From: an uncultured Candidatus Saccharibacteria bacterium
GTDB lineage: Bacteria > Patescibacteriota > Doudnabacteria > UBA920
DNA length: 64,000 bases
Reading direction: 5' to 3'
Assembly: GCA_964512925.1 (NCBI GenBank)
Contig: CAZEKH010000001.1
Span: forward strand, 39,445-103,444
The notes below the pieces were generated by a model, which worked only from the letters and a program-made list of their open reading frames with translations, ran no database searches and had not been told where the DNA came from. Shown one piece after another: positions 20,150 through 28,879 of the stretch; the stretch's first letter is position 1; the number at the start of each line of letters is the position of its first letter. The translations under genes and the position numbers were made by a program.

Positions 20150-20413
20150 CTAAGGCTTCTTGCGTTCACGAAAGCTCACCAGCCACTTTTCCAAATCCGG
20201 CTCGTCTTCGGTATACAAAACGACTCGCAGACCATCTATGCGGACTATTCGATACCAAGCTTCACCGGTACCCCAATAAACCCGAACCTTGCTCTCAACC
20301 AGCGTGACAAGCTGATTCCCCGAAAGCAAAGCAGAGTCTTCTTTCATCTCTTGCCATCCCTGGTCATATATCCACACTGACTCATCTAATGGTTTGTTGC
20401 CAAAATATCTCAT
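20150..20413 (-). CDS. Hypothetical protein in a GC-rich islet
   Basis: 87 aa ORF. Local GC about 50% versus about 36% for the window. Confidence 0.35.
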   Translation of the reverse strand: MRYFGNKPLDESVWIYDQGWQEMKEDSALLSGNQLVTLVESKVRVYWGTGEAWYRIVRIDGLRVVLYTEDEPDLEKWLVSFRERKKP

Positions 20414-20540
20414 ACCCGCCTCCTGTTAACTTATTTGAAGTGTCATTTTTTTGGTTATAAATGACTTTAAAGAATATTGTATTGCTAAAACAATGTAAAT
20501 ATTGTATTATACAAGTGTCAGAAAATATTACACTTTTTAT

Positions 20541-21275
20541 ATGAATAAGGAATTATTAGAAAATTTGGGCTTAACTAAAATAGAAAGCCAAATTTATTTA
20601 GCTTCCATAGAACTAGGGGAGTCGCTCCATAAACAGTTGGCTGAAAAAGCCGGGATTAAACGTCCCACACTCTATGAAAATCTGCCAACACTTTTTAAAA
20701 AAGGTTTAATCTCTAAAACCGTTAAGGGGAAAAGAATTCTCTTAGTTGCCGAAGACCCTCAAAAATTTTATGAAGCCAAAAAATCCCAATTAGAAATATT
20801 TCAAAATCAAATTCCGCTGCTACAAGCTTTAATGCTTACAGCAAAATCTAAACCAAAAATTTCAATTTATGAAGGCATAGAAGGAATAAAAAAAATTTAT
20901 AAAGATCACATTGAGCAAGCTCAATCCATATTAGAAATAGTGGGTATAGAAAAAATCCATCCCGAAATTGCCAAATACATTAAAAAAGATTATGTCTGGG
21001 CTAGGGTAAGAAAAAAGATAAGTTTAAAAATGTTAATCAGCGGGCCCACAGTAGCTGGAATATTTAAAATGGAATCTGACCCCTTTGAGCTGCGCGAAGT
21101 TAAAAATATTGACGGCAAAAACTTCCCCATCCCTTTAGGTTTAAACATTTATGGCAATAACATCTCATTTGCGGTCTATCGCGAAGACAGCGAGCCGATT
21201 GGTTTGATCGTCCGAAGCAAAGAAATAGCCACCACCCTTAAGTCGCTGTTTAATTTCATTTGGGACAACGTCTAA
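20541..21275 (+). CDS. TrmB-family transcriptional regulator
   Basis: N-terminal wHTH LGLTKIESQIYLASIELGESLHKQLAEKAGIKRPTLYENLPTLFKKGLI. Upstream ATTGTATT direct/inverted repeats. Confidence 0.75.
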   Translation: MNKELLENLGLTKIESQIYLASIELGESLHKQLAEKAGIKRPTLYENLPTLFKKGLISKTVKGKRILLVAEDPQKFYEAKKSQLEIFQNQIPLLQALMLTAKSKPKISIYEGIEGIKKIYKDHIEQAQSILEIVGIEKIHPEIAKYIKKDYVWARVRKKISLKMLISGPTVAGIFKMESDPFELREVKNIDGKNFPIPLGLNIYGNNISFAVYREDSEPIGLIVRSKEIATTLKSLFNFIWDNV

Positions 21276-21350
21276 ACAAAATACTCGTCACAATACTGTA
21301 AAAGATTTTGGATCATATGCAATAGATGTAGAGTAAGATTTCTCATTTGC

Positions 21351-21507
21351 TGTCATCCCGGAATTTTTAAGGGCAGTTAAAAATATCCAGCCTGCCTGAA
21401 TGATTCAGTCAGGCGGGGATCCAGGGGTTAATCTTATATTCTATGTTTAAATATATAATCCTGGATCCCGGCTCTCTCCGCCTGCTGGCGGATCGGCCGG
21501 GATGACA
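21351..21507. repeat. Family-B composite palindromic element (MITE-like) with 11-bp terminal inverted repeats TGTCATCCCGG / CCGGGATGACA
   Basis: Nested inverted repeats: GGGGATCCAGGGG versus CCTGGATCCCGG, and GCCTGCCTGAATGATTCAGTCAGGCGG. Related copies at 31635-31712, 35257-35318, 44169-44198. Confidence 0.55.
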
Positions 21508-21667
21508 TAAAAACAGATAAACCTGTATTAAATTTTTTGCTCTCATTAAATTGAGCATAATCCAGATTTTTATGATCCATATTTTTTGCCTTGATTTTAT
21601 TGCAAAAATATAGTAAAGTTAATTGGTTAATTCAATTTATTTAATAATTTCTCCCACCTCCCCCTTA

Positions 21668-21688
21668 CCCCTCCTCGGGCAGGAGGGG
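21668..21688 (+). promoter_or_regulatory. Family-A SD-containing hairpin CCCCTCCTCGGGCAGGAGGGG in the infB leader
   Basis: The 3' arm AGGAGGGGAGG ends about 10 nt before the infB ATG at 21700. The 5' arm CCUCC is identical to the 16S anti-SD core. Confidence 0.55.
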
Positions 21689-21699
21689 AGGTGTCAAAA

Positions 21700-23628
21700 A
21701 TGGATTTATCTTCTTTGTCTTCCCAACTGAATATCTCCATCCAGGACTTGCGCTTAAAAGCTAAAGCGAAAGGTTTTGTCATATCCCCAAGAGCCAACAA
21801 GATAGACAACAGTTTGGCAAAACAGATTGCCGAAGCTTTGGCCCCGAAACCCATATCCCAGCCTGACGCTCCTAAAATCCCAAAGCTGGTTAAACTTCCT
21901 TCTTTCATAAAAGTCCGCGACTTTGCCGTAGCTTTAAACCTGCCGGTTGTAGAAGTAATAAAAACCCTGATCAAAAACGGCGTGATGGCAACTATCAACG
22001 AAGAAGTAGATTTTGAAACCGCCAGCATTGTGGCTTCTGACTTAGGTTTTGAAGTGGAAACCAAAGCCGACCAAACCCTGGCGGATTTTGGCGCGGGTTT
22101 TTTGCACGAAGTGGTTAAAGCGGAAAAAGAAGAAAATTTAAAACTAAGAGCTCCGATAGTCGCCATTATGGGACACGTTGACCACGGAAAGACCACACTC
22201 TTAGATACAATCCGCAAAACCAAGGTGGCAGAAGGGGAATCTGGCGGCATCACCCAGCATATCGGCGCCTACCGCGTAAAAAAAGACGGAAAATTCATCA
22301 CTTTTTTAGACACCCCGGGACACGAAGCATTTTCTGAAATGCGCGCCAGGGGAGCGAATGTGACTGACATTATTGTTTTAGTCGTCGCCGCAGACGACGG
22401 TGTAAAACCGCAAACTTTGGAAGTTATCAAGCGCGCGCAATTTGCAGGCACGCCGATGATAGTGGCTATAAACAAAATAGACAAACCGGAAGCCAATATA
22501 ATCCGCATCAAACAAGAGCTGGCCGGACAAAATGTTTTAACCGAAGAATGGGGCGGTAAAACCATTGCCTGTGAAATTTCCGCCAAACAAGGAACCGGTA
22601 TAGACAATTTGTTAGAAATGATTTTACTGACAGCTGAGGTGGAAAATTTGCGCTCAAACCCCCAGGGTAAAACTGTCGGGACTATCATTGAAGGACGGAT
22701 GAGTCACGGTAAGGGTCCAACTGCAACTGTCATAATTCAAAATGGAACTTTAAAAATAGGCGATGTTGTTGTGGCAGGCGCGGCTTTTGGCCGGGTCCGT
22801 TCTTTGGAAGACGAACACGGGAAAAAACTCAAAGAAGCCGGCCCGTCTGTGGCAGCGCAAATCTCCGGACTTTCCGACGTTCCGCAGGCCGGAGATATTT
22901 TGCAGGCGCCGCAAACTTTGGACGAAGCCAAACAAATTGCTTTAAACGCATTAAGAAAACTCAAGAGCCACAAACTTTCAGCCAAAAGCTCGCTCATCGG
23001 GGATACTTCCACCAAAACTCTTAATCTGGTTATCAAAGCGGATGTTGCGGGGTCTTTGGAAGCGATCAACGGCTCCATTGCCAAGCTAAAAAATGACGAA
23101 GTTAAAATCAATATTATTTCCGACGGCATCGGCGAGGTCAATGAAACAGATGTTTTGTCTGCAGCCAATGCCAAAGCCGCTGTCATAGCTTTCCGCGTCA
23201 AAGTAAACTCCAAAGCCGAAAGCCTGGCTAAACAAAAACAAGTTGTAGTGGACTTTTACGACGTGATATACGAACTGGTGGAAAATATTACTTCTGCGGT
23301 TATCAAACTCTTTACTCCGGAAACAGAAAAAATTTCCCACGGTAAGGCCAAAATCCTGGCAGTATTTTTGACGGAAAAAAACAATATGATCGTGGGCGGC
23401 AGAGTAGAAGAAGGGGAGTTAAAAAAGATCGGACACATCGCCATTTGGAGGGATGGGGTGGAAATAGGCAAAGCTGACATAACTGAGCTGCAGCAAAACA
23501 AACAAACCACCAAAGCCGTCCTGGCTGGCAGCGAGTTTGGCGTCAAACTCAAAACCCAAACCAAAATCAAAGAAGGCGATGTACTGGAAAGTTATGAAGA
23601 AAAGATTAAGATTAAAACATTAAATTAG
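21700..23628 (+). CDS. infB: Translation initiation factor IF-2
   Basis: G-domain [27 protein letters not shown]. Start could alternatively be GTG at 21691. Confidence 0.95.
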   Translation: MDLSSLSSQLNISIQDLRLKAKAKGFVISPRANKIDNSLAKQIAEALAPKPISQPDAPKIPKLVKLPSFIKVRDFAVALNLPVVEVIKTLIKNGVMATINEEVDFETASIVASDLGFEVETKADQTLADFGAGFLHEVVKAEKEENLKLRAPIVAIMGHVDHGKTTLLDTIRKTKVAEGESGGITQHIGAYRVKKDGKFITFLDTPGHEAFSEMRARGANVTDIIVLVVAADDGVKPQTLEVIKRAQFAGTPMIVAINKIDKPEANIIRIKQELAGQNVLTEEWGGKTIACEISAKQGTGIDNLLEMILLTAEVENLRSNPQGKTVGTIIEGRMSHGKGPTATVIIQNGTLKIGDVVVAGAAFGRVRSLEDEHGKKLKEAGPSVAAQISGLSDVPQAGDILQAPQTLDEAKQIALNALRKLKSHKLSAKSSLIGDTSTKTLNLVIKADVAGSLEAINGSIAKLKNDEVKINIISDGIGEVNETDVLSAANAKAAVIAFRVKVNSKAESLAKQKQVVVDFYDVIYELVENITSAVIKLFTPETEKISHGKAKILAVFLTEKNNMIVGGRVEEGELKKIGHIAIWRDGVEIGKADITELQQNKQTTKAVLAGSEFGVKLKTQTKIKEGDVLESYEEKIKIKTLN

Positions 23629-23686
23629 CGCTTAGGGATTAGCTTTTAGCTGTTAGGTTATATTTAAAATTTAAAATATATTACCC

Positions 23687-23727
23687 AAAACCCGCCCCGA
23701 TGTCTATCGGGGCGGGTTTTGTTTTTT
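23687..23727 (+). terminator. Rho-independent terminator after infB
   Basis: AAAACCCGCCCCGAT-GTCT-ATCGGGGCGGGTTTTGTTTTTT. Confidence 0.65.
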
Positions 23728-23830
23728 GACATTTTAAAAACTTTGCTTAAACTCTTGCCAAGATGCTAAAATATGTATAGAATATTTAGCTAAACTAAAT
23801 CAGTTGAATTATTAATAACCTCTCCCCATT

Positions 23831-23853
23831 CCCTCTCCAAGTATTGGAGAGGG
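23831..23853 (+). promoter_or_regulatory. Family-A hairpin CCCTCTCCAAGTATTGGAGAGGG in the rbfA leader
   Basis: The 3' arm GGAGAGGGAG lies about 15 nt upstream of the rbfA ATG. Confidence 0.45.
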
Positions 23854-23870
23854 AGCCTATATGGAAAGCT

Positions 23871-24227
23871 ATGAAAAAAGTTATAAAAAAAGACACAAAC
23901 AGGATTGCTAAAGTAAATTCGCTGATAGAACACGCGCTTGGTCCGGTTTTACGCGAGTTTTTGGAAAACCACAAAGGCCTGGTTACCATCAGTAAAGTGG
24001 AAACCTCGCGAGATATGAAATGGACAAAAGTTTGGATTTCTATTTTTGGGGGCGATGACCAAAAAATCCTGGACTACCTGACAAGAAATATTTATGAGCT
24101 CCAAGGCGAACTTAATAAAAATTTTGCCACCAAAGTTATCCCGCGTTTACAATTTTTTCTGGACACTAGTCCCAGATATGCCGAGCATATAGACGAGGTG
24201 CTTAGGGAAATACACAAAGAAGCTTAG
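23871..24227 (+). CDS. rbfA: Ribosome-binding factor A
   Basis: KH-like RbfA pattern RIAKVNSLIEHALGPVLRE...ISKVETSRDMKWTKVWISIFG...IPRLQFFLD. The ORF-track start at 23844 is a TTG, and the in-frame ATG at 23871 is preferred. Confidence 0.85.
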   Translation: MKKVIKKDTNRIAKVNSLIEHALGPVLREFLENHKGLVTISKVETSRDMKWTKVWISIFGGDDQKILDYLTRNIYELQGELNKNFATKVIPRLQFFLDTSPRYAEHIDEVLREIHKEA

Positions 24228-24291
24228 TATTTTGTATAAAGTATTTAGTATAAAGCTTAATACATAATACCAACTACTTAATACTTTAAAG

Positions 24292-25257
24292 ATGAACGAC
24301 ATATTTTTACAAGCTCAAAGACTAATCAACAACTCTCAAAATATCCTCCTAACTATGCATGAACGGATGGATGGGGATGACGGAGGCAGTCTTTTGGCTA
24401 TGGCTATACAGCTGAAAAAACTTGGAAAAAACATCGCCTGCTCCATAAAAAAAGGCGTGCCACCCTCTTTGGCTTTTTTGCCGGAAAGCCGGCTGATTAT
24501 GGACGACATTGAAACTGACAGTTTTGATCTGCTCATAACTTTTGGTTGCTCCAGTTTAAAAAGAACTGGCAGTACCAACATCCAAAATCTAAAAACCACA
24601 AACCCAAAACTAAAGACTCTCAATATTGACCACCATCCTGACAACGAAAACTTTGGCGATGTCAATGTGGTTGACTCGGAGAAATCCTCAGTGGCGGAAC
24701 TGGTTTATGAACTGTTCAAATTCTACAAATGGCCTGTAGATAAAAATATCGCCACCTGCCTGTTAACCGGCATCATCACTGACACGGGGCGGTTTATGCA
24801 CTCAAACACCCAAGGTTCAACTTTAAAAACCGCCGCGGAACTGATGGAAAAAGGCGCGCTCACTAACCAAATCATCAAACATGCCTACAAAAACAAACAA
24901 ACCTCAGGTTTTAAAGCCTGGGCTAAAGCGCTCAAAAACGCTCGCTTTGATAAAAAAAATAAAATGGTAATTTCAGTTATTTCGGAAGAAGACCAAAAAG
25001 AACTGGGTAATCTGCCGGGCGGAGTTTTTGACGGTGTGGTTGAAACTTTAAACACCATACCTGAAGCAAAATTTTCGCTTTTCATCCGGCAAGACGGCGA
25101 AGTGATCAAAGGCAGCCTGAGAAGCGACACATATAAAAATACGGACGTACAAAAAATCGCCAAACTTTTTGGCGGCGGGGGGCACAAACTGGCTTCTGCC
25201 TTTACCATCCCTGGGAAACTTGTGAAAGACAAAACAGGGGAGTGGAAAATAGTTTAA
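24292..25257 (+). CDS. nrnA: DHH-family phosphoesterase (NrnA-like bifunctional oligoribonuclease/pAp phosphatase)
   Basis: MHERMDGDDGGSLLAMA (DHH motif I region), NIDHHPDNENFGDV (DHH), C-terminal DHHA1 GGGGHKLASAF. Confidence 0.8.
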   Translation: MNDIFLQAQRLINNSQNILLTMHERMDGDDGGSLLAMAIQLKKLGKNIACSIKKGVPPSLAFLPESRLIMDDIETDSFDLLITFGCSSLKRTGSTNIQNLKTTNPKLKTLNIDHHPDNENFGDVNVVDSEKSSVAELVYELFKFYKWPVDKNIATCLLTGIITDTGRFMHSNTQGSTLKTAAELMEKGALTNQIIKHAYKNKQTSGFKAWAKALKNARFDKKNKMVISVISEEDQKELGNLPGGVFDGVVETLNTIPEAKFSLFIRQDGEVIKGSLRSDTYKNTDVQKIAKLFGGGGHKLASAFTIPGKLVKDKTGEWKIV

Positions 25258-25357
25258 ATTCCTAATTTACCTAATTATTCTAATTGTTCTAAATAAAACC
25301 CAAACTTTAATTTAAAAATTAGAGATTAGAGATTATTTAGGGCACTTAAGTTAATTA

Positions 25358-25376
25358 GTCCGCCGGTTGGCGGAAG
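25358..25376. terminator. Family-C palindrome GTCCGCCGGTTGGCGGAAG between convergent genes
   Basis: Perfect GC-rich stem between the nrnA 3' end and the FMN reductase 3' end. Confidence 0.4.
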
Positions 25377-25377
25377 G

Positions 25378-25950
25378 TTAATTGGTGTTCCTAGCTTTAG
25401 ATAAGGCTTCTGCCCACCAGACTAGATTTTTCAAAAGGCCGTCGGCCTTTTTTTCGTAAGATTCGTCCGTCAAATTCCCAGTTTCGTCAAAAGCATTTTG
25501 TACTGGACCAAAAGGCACTGTCTCACGGATTGCCACCGCTCCAAAATTTTCTATCACTGGTCTTATCTGTTCCATAGCTCTCAGCCCGCCAAACTTCCCG
25601 TCAGAAACCCCGCACAGACCAAAAGGTTTTTGTGTAAATTCGTTGTACAGCCAATCAAGCGCGTTTTTTAAAACTCCGGTATAACCGTGGTTATATTCTG
25701 AAACTATTAAAACAAAAGCGTCTGCATTTTTTGCTATCTCGCTCCATTTCTGCACATTTTCGTAAGGGTAAATACCTTTCAGTCCCACCGGTACCATTGG
25801 TGAGTCAAAAAACGGCAAAGGCATTTCCACAAAATCAACAACCTGGGACATATGTCCCAGGGCTTTTATTTTATTTTCCAAATATTTGGCCGGATAAAGG
25901 CTCCTGCGTTCTTTTCTCACCGACCCGAGCACTACGGGAATATTGAGCAT
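25378..25950 (-). CDS. NAD(P)H-dependent FMN reductase / flavodoxin-like oxidoreductase
   Basis: 190 aa. MLNIPVVLGSVRKERRSLY N-terminus is typical of the NADPH-dependent FMN reductase family. Confidence 0.7.
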   Translation of the reverse strand: MLNIPVVLGSVRKERRSLYPAKYLENKIKALGHMSQVVDFVEMPLPFFDSPMVPVGLKGIYPYENVQKWSEIAKNADAFVLIVSEYNHGYTGVLKNALDWLYNEFTQKPFGLCGVSDGKFGGLRAMEQIRPVIENFGAVAIRETVPFGPVQNAFDETGNLTDESYEKKADGLLKNLVWWAEALSKARNTN

Positions 25951-25965
25951 ATAAAAAAATAGAAA

Positions 25966-26745
25966 TTATTCTTCCTCGGACTCGGATTGTAAAACAGCTT
26001 CCTCTAAATATTTTTTAGTGAGATTAAATTTCTTTATAAGTTTAATAAGCGTAGAAAAACCAATAAGGCCTTCAAGTTCGATATGTGGCTCCAATCTTGC
26101 GCCAAGCTGTTTTATGCTTGTATATAGAACGGTTGGAGCGCTTCTTTCTTTGGCTAATTCTCCTTTTGGGTGAACATTTTGCAAGTCAATAAGTTGTAAC
26201 CGTTTTAGTTCTTCTGTAATACCAGAAATAACAGCGATCAGGTATTCTACGTTCTGCCTAATATCGTCTGATTTGTCCTTTACTCTTTGTGCATAAAGGT
26301 TGTATTCCTGCAGGTATGCCAGAGCCTTTCCAGCAAGTCCAGAAAATTGTTCGCGCACACGTTCAACACTACCTACTTTTGCACCAGCTACGACACCACT
26401 TCGTTCCAAAGCTTCCACAAAACGAATGACGATCTCGTCTTGTCTGACTATTGCAACACCTTCGTTTTGTTGATCAAGCGTACTAATCTCAGCCTCAAGG
26501 GCTTCAAGTTCTAGCGAGATAGCTTTTTGTTCGTTTTTCGGCAGTCTTTCAAAAGCGCCCTTGAAAGACTGCTCTACTTTTGCGGACGGTAACTCTCGGT
26601 ATTGCCACCCAGCTCGTTTAACGAATAAAAGCTGTATTGATATTTCAGGAGTTTTTACTTCTCCTCTCTTTTCTTGAGGAGAGATACCACTTTCAAATTT
26701 TTCTTGCATAATTTTGTTATTAGGTAATAATGTTAAATATAGCAA
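25966..26745 (-). CDS. Hypothetical protein
   Basis: 259 aa, coiled-coil rich, moderately elevated GC. No family recognised. Confidence 0.35.
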   Translation of the reverse strand: MLYLTLLPNNKIMQEKFESGISPQEKRGEVKTPEISIQLLFVKRAGWQYRELPSAKVEQSFKGAFERLPKNEQKAISLELEALEAEISTLDQQNEGVAIVRQDEIVIRFVEALERSGVVAGAKVGSVERVREQFSGLAGKALAYLQEYNLYAQRVKDKSDDIRQNVEYLIAVISGITEELKRLQLIDLQNVHPKGELAKERSAPTVLYTSIKQLGARLEPHIELEGLIGFSTLIKLIKKFNLTKKYLEEAVLQSESEEE

Positions 26746-26870
26746 TTTTAGGATAAAAAATTTTCTTCCCTCAAAATGCGAAATTGTTAATTCTTTTTTA
26801 CCCCCAAAATTGAATACAAATTAGTCGCCGAGCGAGGCGAGACGAACCAAAACTCTTTGACTTTTCCTTT

Positions 26871-26956
26871 CTGGTGCCCGGGGAGGGACTCGAACCCTCA
26901 AGCCTTACGGCACACGCACCTCAAGCGTGCCTGTATACCAGTTCCAGCACCCGGGC
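26871..26956 (-). tRNA. tRNA-Leu (anticodon GAG)
   Basis: Reverse complement GCCCGGGTGCTGGAACTGGTATACAGGCACGCTTGAGGTGCGTG + long variable arm + GAGGGTTCGAGTCCCTCCCCGGGCACCA. Confidence 0.85.
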
Positions 26957-27125
26957 AAATCTAAAACGACTTGCTAATTATATCTAATGCGCGTTTTATT
27001 TTCAAGCGCTTTGTACAGTACCTTGCTCTAAAACTCTCTCTCTGTTAAAATTTGGCTACACAAAAGGAGGAATAATTCGCAAATCTGCGGTGTTTCTCCT
27101 TTTACTTTCGCGAAAGTGAGATTAT

Positions 27126-27924
27126 ATGGATCAGTTTGAAGCAAGATCAAAGGTGATCGTGGCGCTTGATGTAGCTTCTGTTAGCGAAGCAATCAAGCTC
27201 GTGCAAATGTGGATGGTTCATGTGGGCGGATTCAAGGTGGGTCTTGAACTCATCTATAGTACCATCATGTCGCTCATTACGCTCACACCCAGTGTGGCGG
27301 AAAACCTGCTCAGCGAACTACGTAGGCTGTTTCACCTGCTCGGCAACAGCGAATTTTTGGACGTCAAGCTCGGCGATATCGGCAATACTGTAGGTGGCGC
27401 GTCAAACGCCATCTGCCGGCTATACCCGGCAATGTTCAACGTCCACGTTTCGGCCGGCTCGCCCGCTCAGGGCAGCGCGTCAAAGCATCGACACAATGAC
27501 GAAAACATTCAACTTACAACGGAAACCCCTACTTCTGGGGGTCACATTGCTCACAAGCCTTGGGGAAAGTGAGCTTGTTGAACTGGGTTTGAAAAACCAG
27601 GAAGACACAGAGCCCAGGCGTCTTGAGATCGTTGTACGATGGGCAAAGTTTGCACAGCAGAACGGCTGCGACGGCGTGATTGCGTCTCCTCTTGAAGTTG
27701 TCGCTATCCGCCAAGCCTGCGGGCCAGACTTCTTGATATTTACGCCCGGCGTTAGGCTACCTGGCTCACAAATCCATGACCAGAAAAATGTTGCGACCCC
27801 CGGGCAAGCAATTCTATGGGGAGCAAGCGGAGTTGTGGTTGGCCGGGACATCACCGGCGCCAAAGACCCGGTCGCGGCAGCAAAGCTGGTCGTTCAAAAT
27901 ATTCTGGAAATACACGGAAGGTAA
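27126..27924 (+). pseudogene. pyrF: Orotidine-5'-phosphate decarboxylase split by an apparent frameshift near 27450-27470
   Basis: Frame A (27126-27572) gives KVIVALDV...DVKLGDIGNTV...NVHVSAGS. Frame B (27394-27924) continues PLRAARQSI...LLLGVTLLTS...LIFTPGVR...VVVGRDIT. Both are needed for a complete OMP decarboxylase. Local GC about 55%. Confidence 0.7.
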
Positions 27925-27926
27925 AA

Positions 27927-28628
27927 ATGCAAGTCCCATCAGGAAGAATTTTCACCGCTGATGATTTGATCATCTTGCGGGCAATGGTGTCGATTGGGTT
28001 CGTTCAACACAGAGAACAACCATTCACGCTCAAATCTGGTATCCAGTCTAACGTCTACGTCTTCGGAAGGGAAGAGATGACCGACAATCCCGTCATGGAG
28101 GTGATGGTGGGGGAAAAGATTGGCAGGCTCATCAGTCAGGTGGCAGTTCCTGAAGATCGAGAGATCTGTTTGATCGGTATTCCAACCGCCGGCACGCCGT
28201 TCGCCCAGGCAACAGCCATGGCCTGCTGTAACAAACTCTTCGTGAATGACAGGCCAATCGTTCACCGCCAGATGAAAGAGGTTACAAAACAGCACGGTGC
28301 ACACCCCGGATGGATTGTTGGTCGCCCGCGTGAAGACCAGAGCTATTGGCTGGTAGACAATGTCGCCACCAACGGCGCATCCAAACCAGAGGCTCGGGAA
28401 AAAATGCGCGCTGACCACTACCCGGATCCGGCCGGAGTAATTATCTGGATTGACCGCCAGCAAGGGGCAGTCGAACTTCTCAAGCGTGAAGGATTTGATC
28501 GAGTTTTGGTTGCATATAACCTGCTCGACATCACCTACGCGTTCGGGGAAATGCAGCTGTGGCCAAAAACGGCCGTCGACGCCGTGCAAAAAGAAATCGA
28601 AGATCACTCGTTTTTACCAAACGCGTGA
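27927..28628 (+). CDS. pyrE: Orotate phosphoribosyltransferase-like type I PRTase
   Basis: FTLKSGIQSNVYVF, LIGIPTAGTPFAQATA and the PRPP-binding loop YWLVDNVATNGASK. GGAAGG RBS, start 2 nt after the pyrF stop. The track ORF starts earlier at 27816, inside pyrF. Confidence 0.6.
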   Translation: MQVPSGRIFTADDLIILRAMVSIGFVQHREQPFTLKSGIQSNVYVFGREEMTDNPVMEVMVGEKIGRLISQVAVPEDREICLIGIPTAGTPFAQATAMACCNKLFVNDRPIVHRQMKEVTKQHGAHPGWIVGRPREDQSYWLVDNVATNGASKPEAREKMRADHYPDPAGVIIWIDRQQGAVELLKREGFDRVLVAYNLLDITYAFGEMQLWPKTAVDAVQKEIEDHSFLPNA

Positions 28629-28644
28629 CCCAATGCCAGAGAAA

Positions 28645-28687
28645 AGCGCGGGACCGCTCATAAACGGACCCGCGCTGAATTTTTTTG
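28645..28687 (+). terminator. GC-rich rho-independent terminator after pyrE
   Basis: AGCGCGGGACCG-CTCATAAA-CGGACCCGCGCT followed by GAATTTTTTT. Confidence 0.65.
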
Positions 28688-28713
28688 ATATAATGTTTAG
28701 GCAACAAGATTCC

Positions 28714-28743
28714 CTCCGCCTCCACCAGTTGGCGGATGGCGGA
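28714..28743. repeat. Family-C related palindrome CTCCGCCTCCACCAGTTGGCGGATGGCGGA
   Basis: Overlapping inverted repeats built on CCGCC...GGCGG. Confidence 0.35.
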
Positions 28744-28812
28744 TTAAATGTAATAAAAAATACTACAAATATTCACCCCTCCCCATTCGGCGAGCTCAGG
28801 GCAGGCTCTAAC

Positions 28813-28832
28813 CCTCCCCCTCAAGGGGAGGG
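28813..28832. repeat. Family-A palindrome CCCTCCCCCTCAAGGGGAGGG (near-identical to the copy at 7970)
   Basis: Perfect hairpin, not adjacent to a start codon. Confidence 0.45.
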
Positions 28833-28879
28833 AAAATATAAGGAATGACAGATAAAATTTTACAAATAACTCACCCCAT

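Noticed and set aside
21627-23570. Minus-strand ORFs overlapping infB (21627-22253, 22269-22688, 22737-23213, 23256-23570)
   Set aside because: Antisense to infB. Ala/Ser-rich translations typical of reverse-strand artefacts in a purine-biased gene.
23844-23870. TTG start for rbfA inside the family-A hairpin
   Set aside because: The ATG at 23871 has the hairpin purine arm as its SD and gives a typical RbfA length.
27816-27926. N-terminal 37 residues of ORF-track ORF 27816-28628 (MGSKRSCGWPGHHRRQRPGRGS...)
   Set aside because: This part overlaps the pyrF 3' end in another frame. The pyrE-like start is the ATG at 27927 with GGAAGG RBS.
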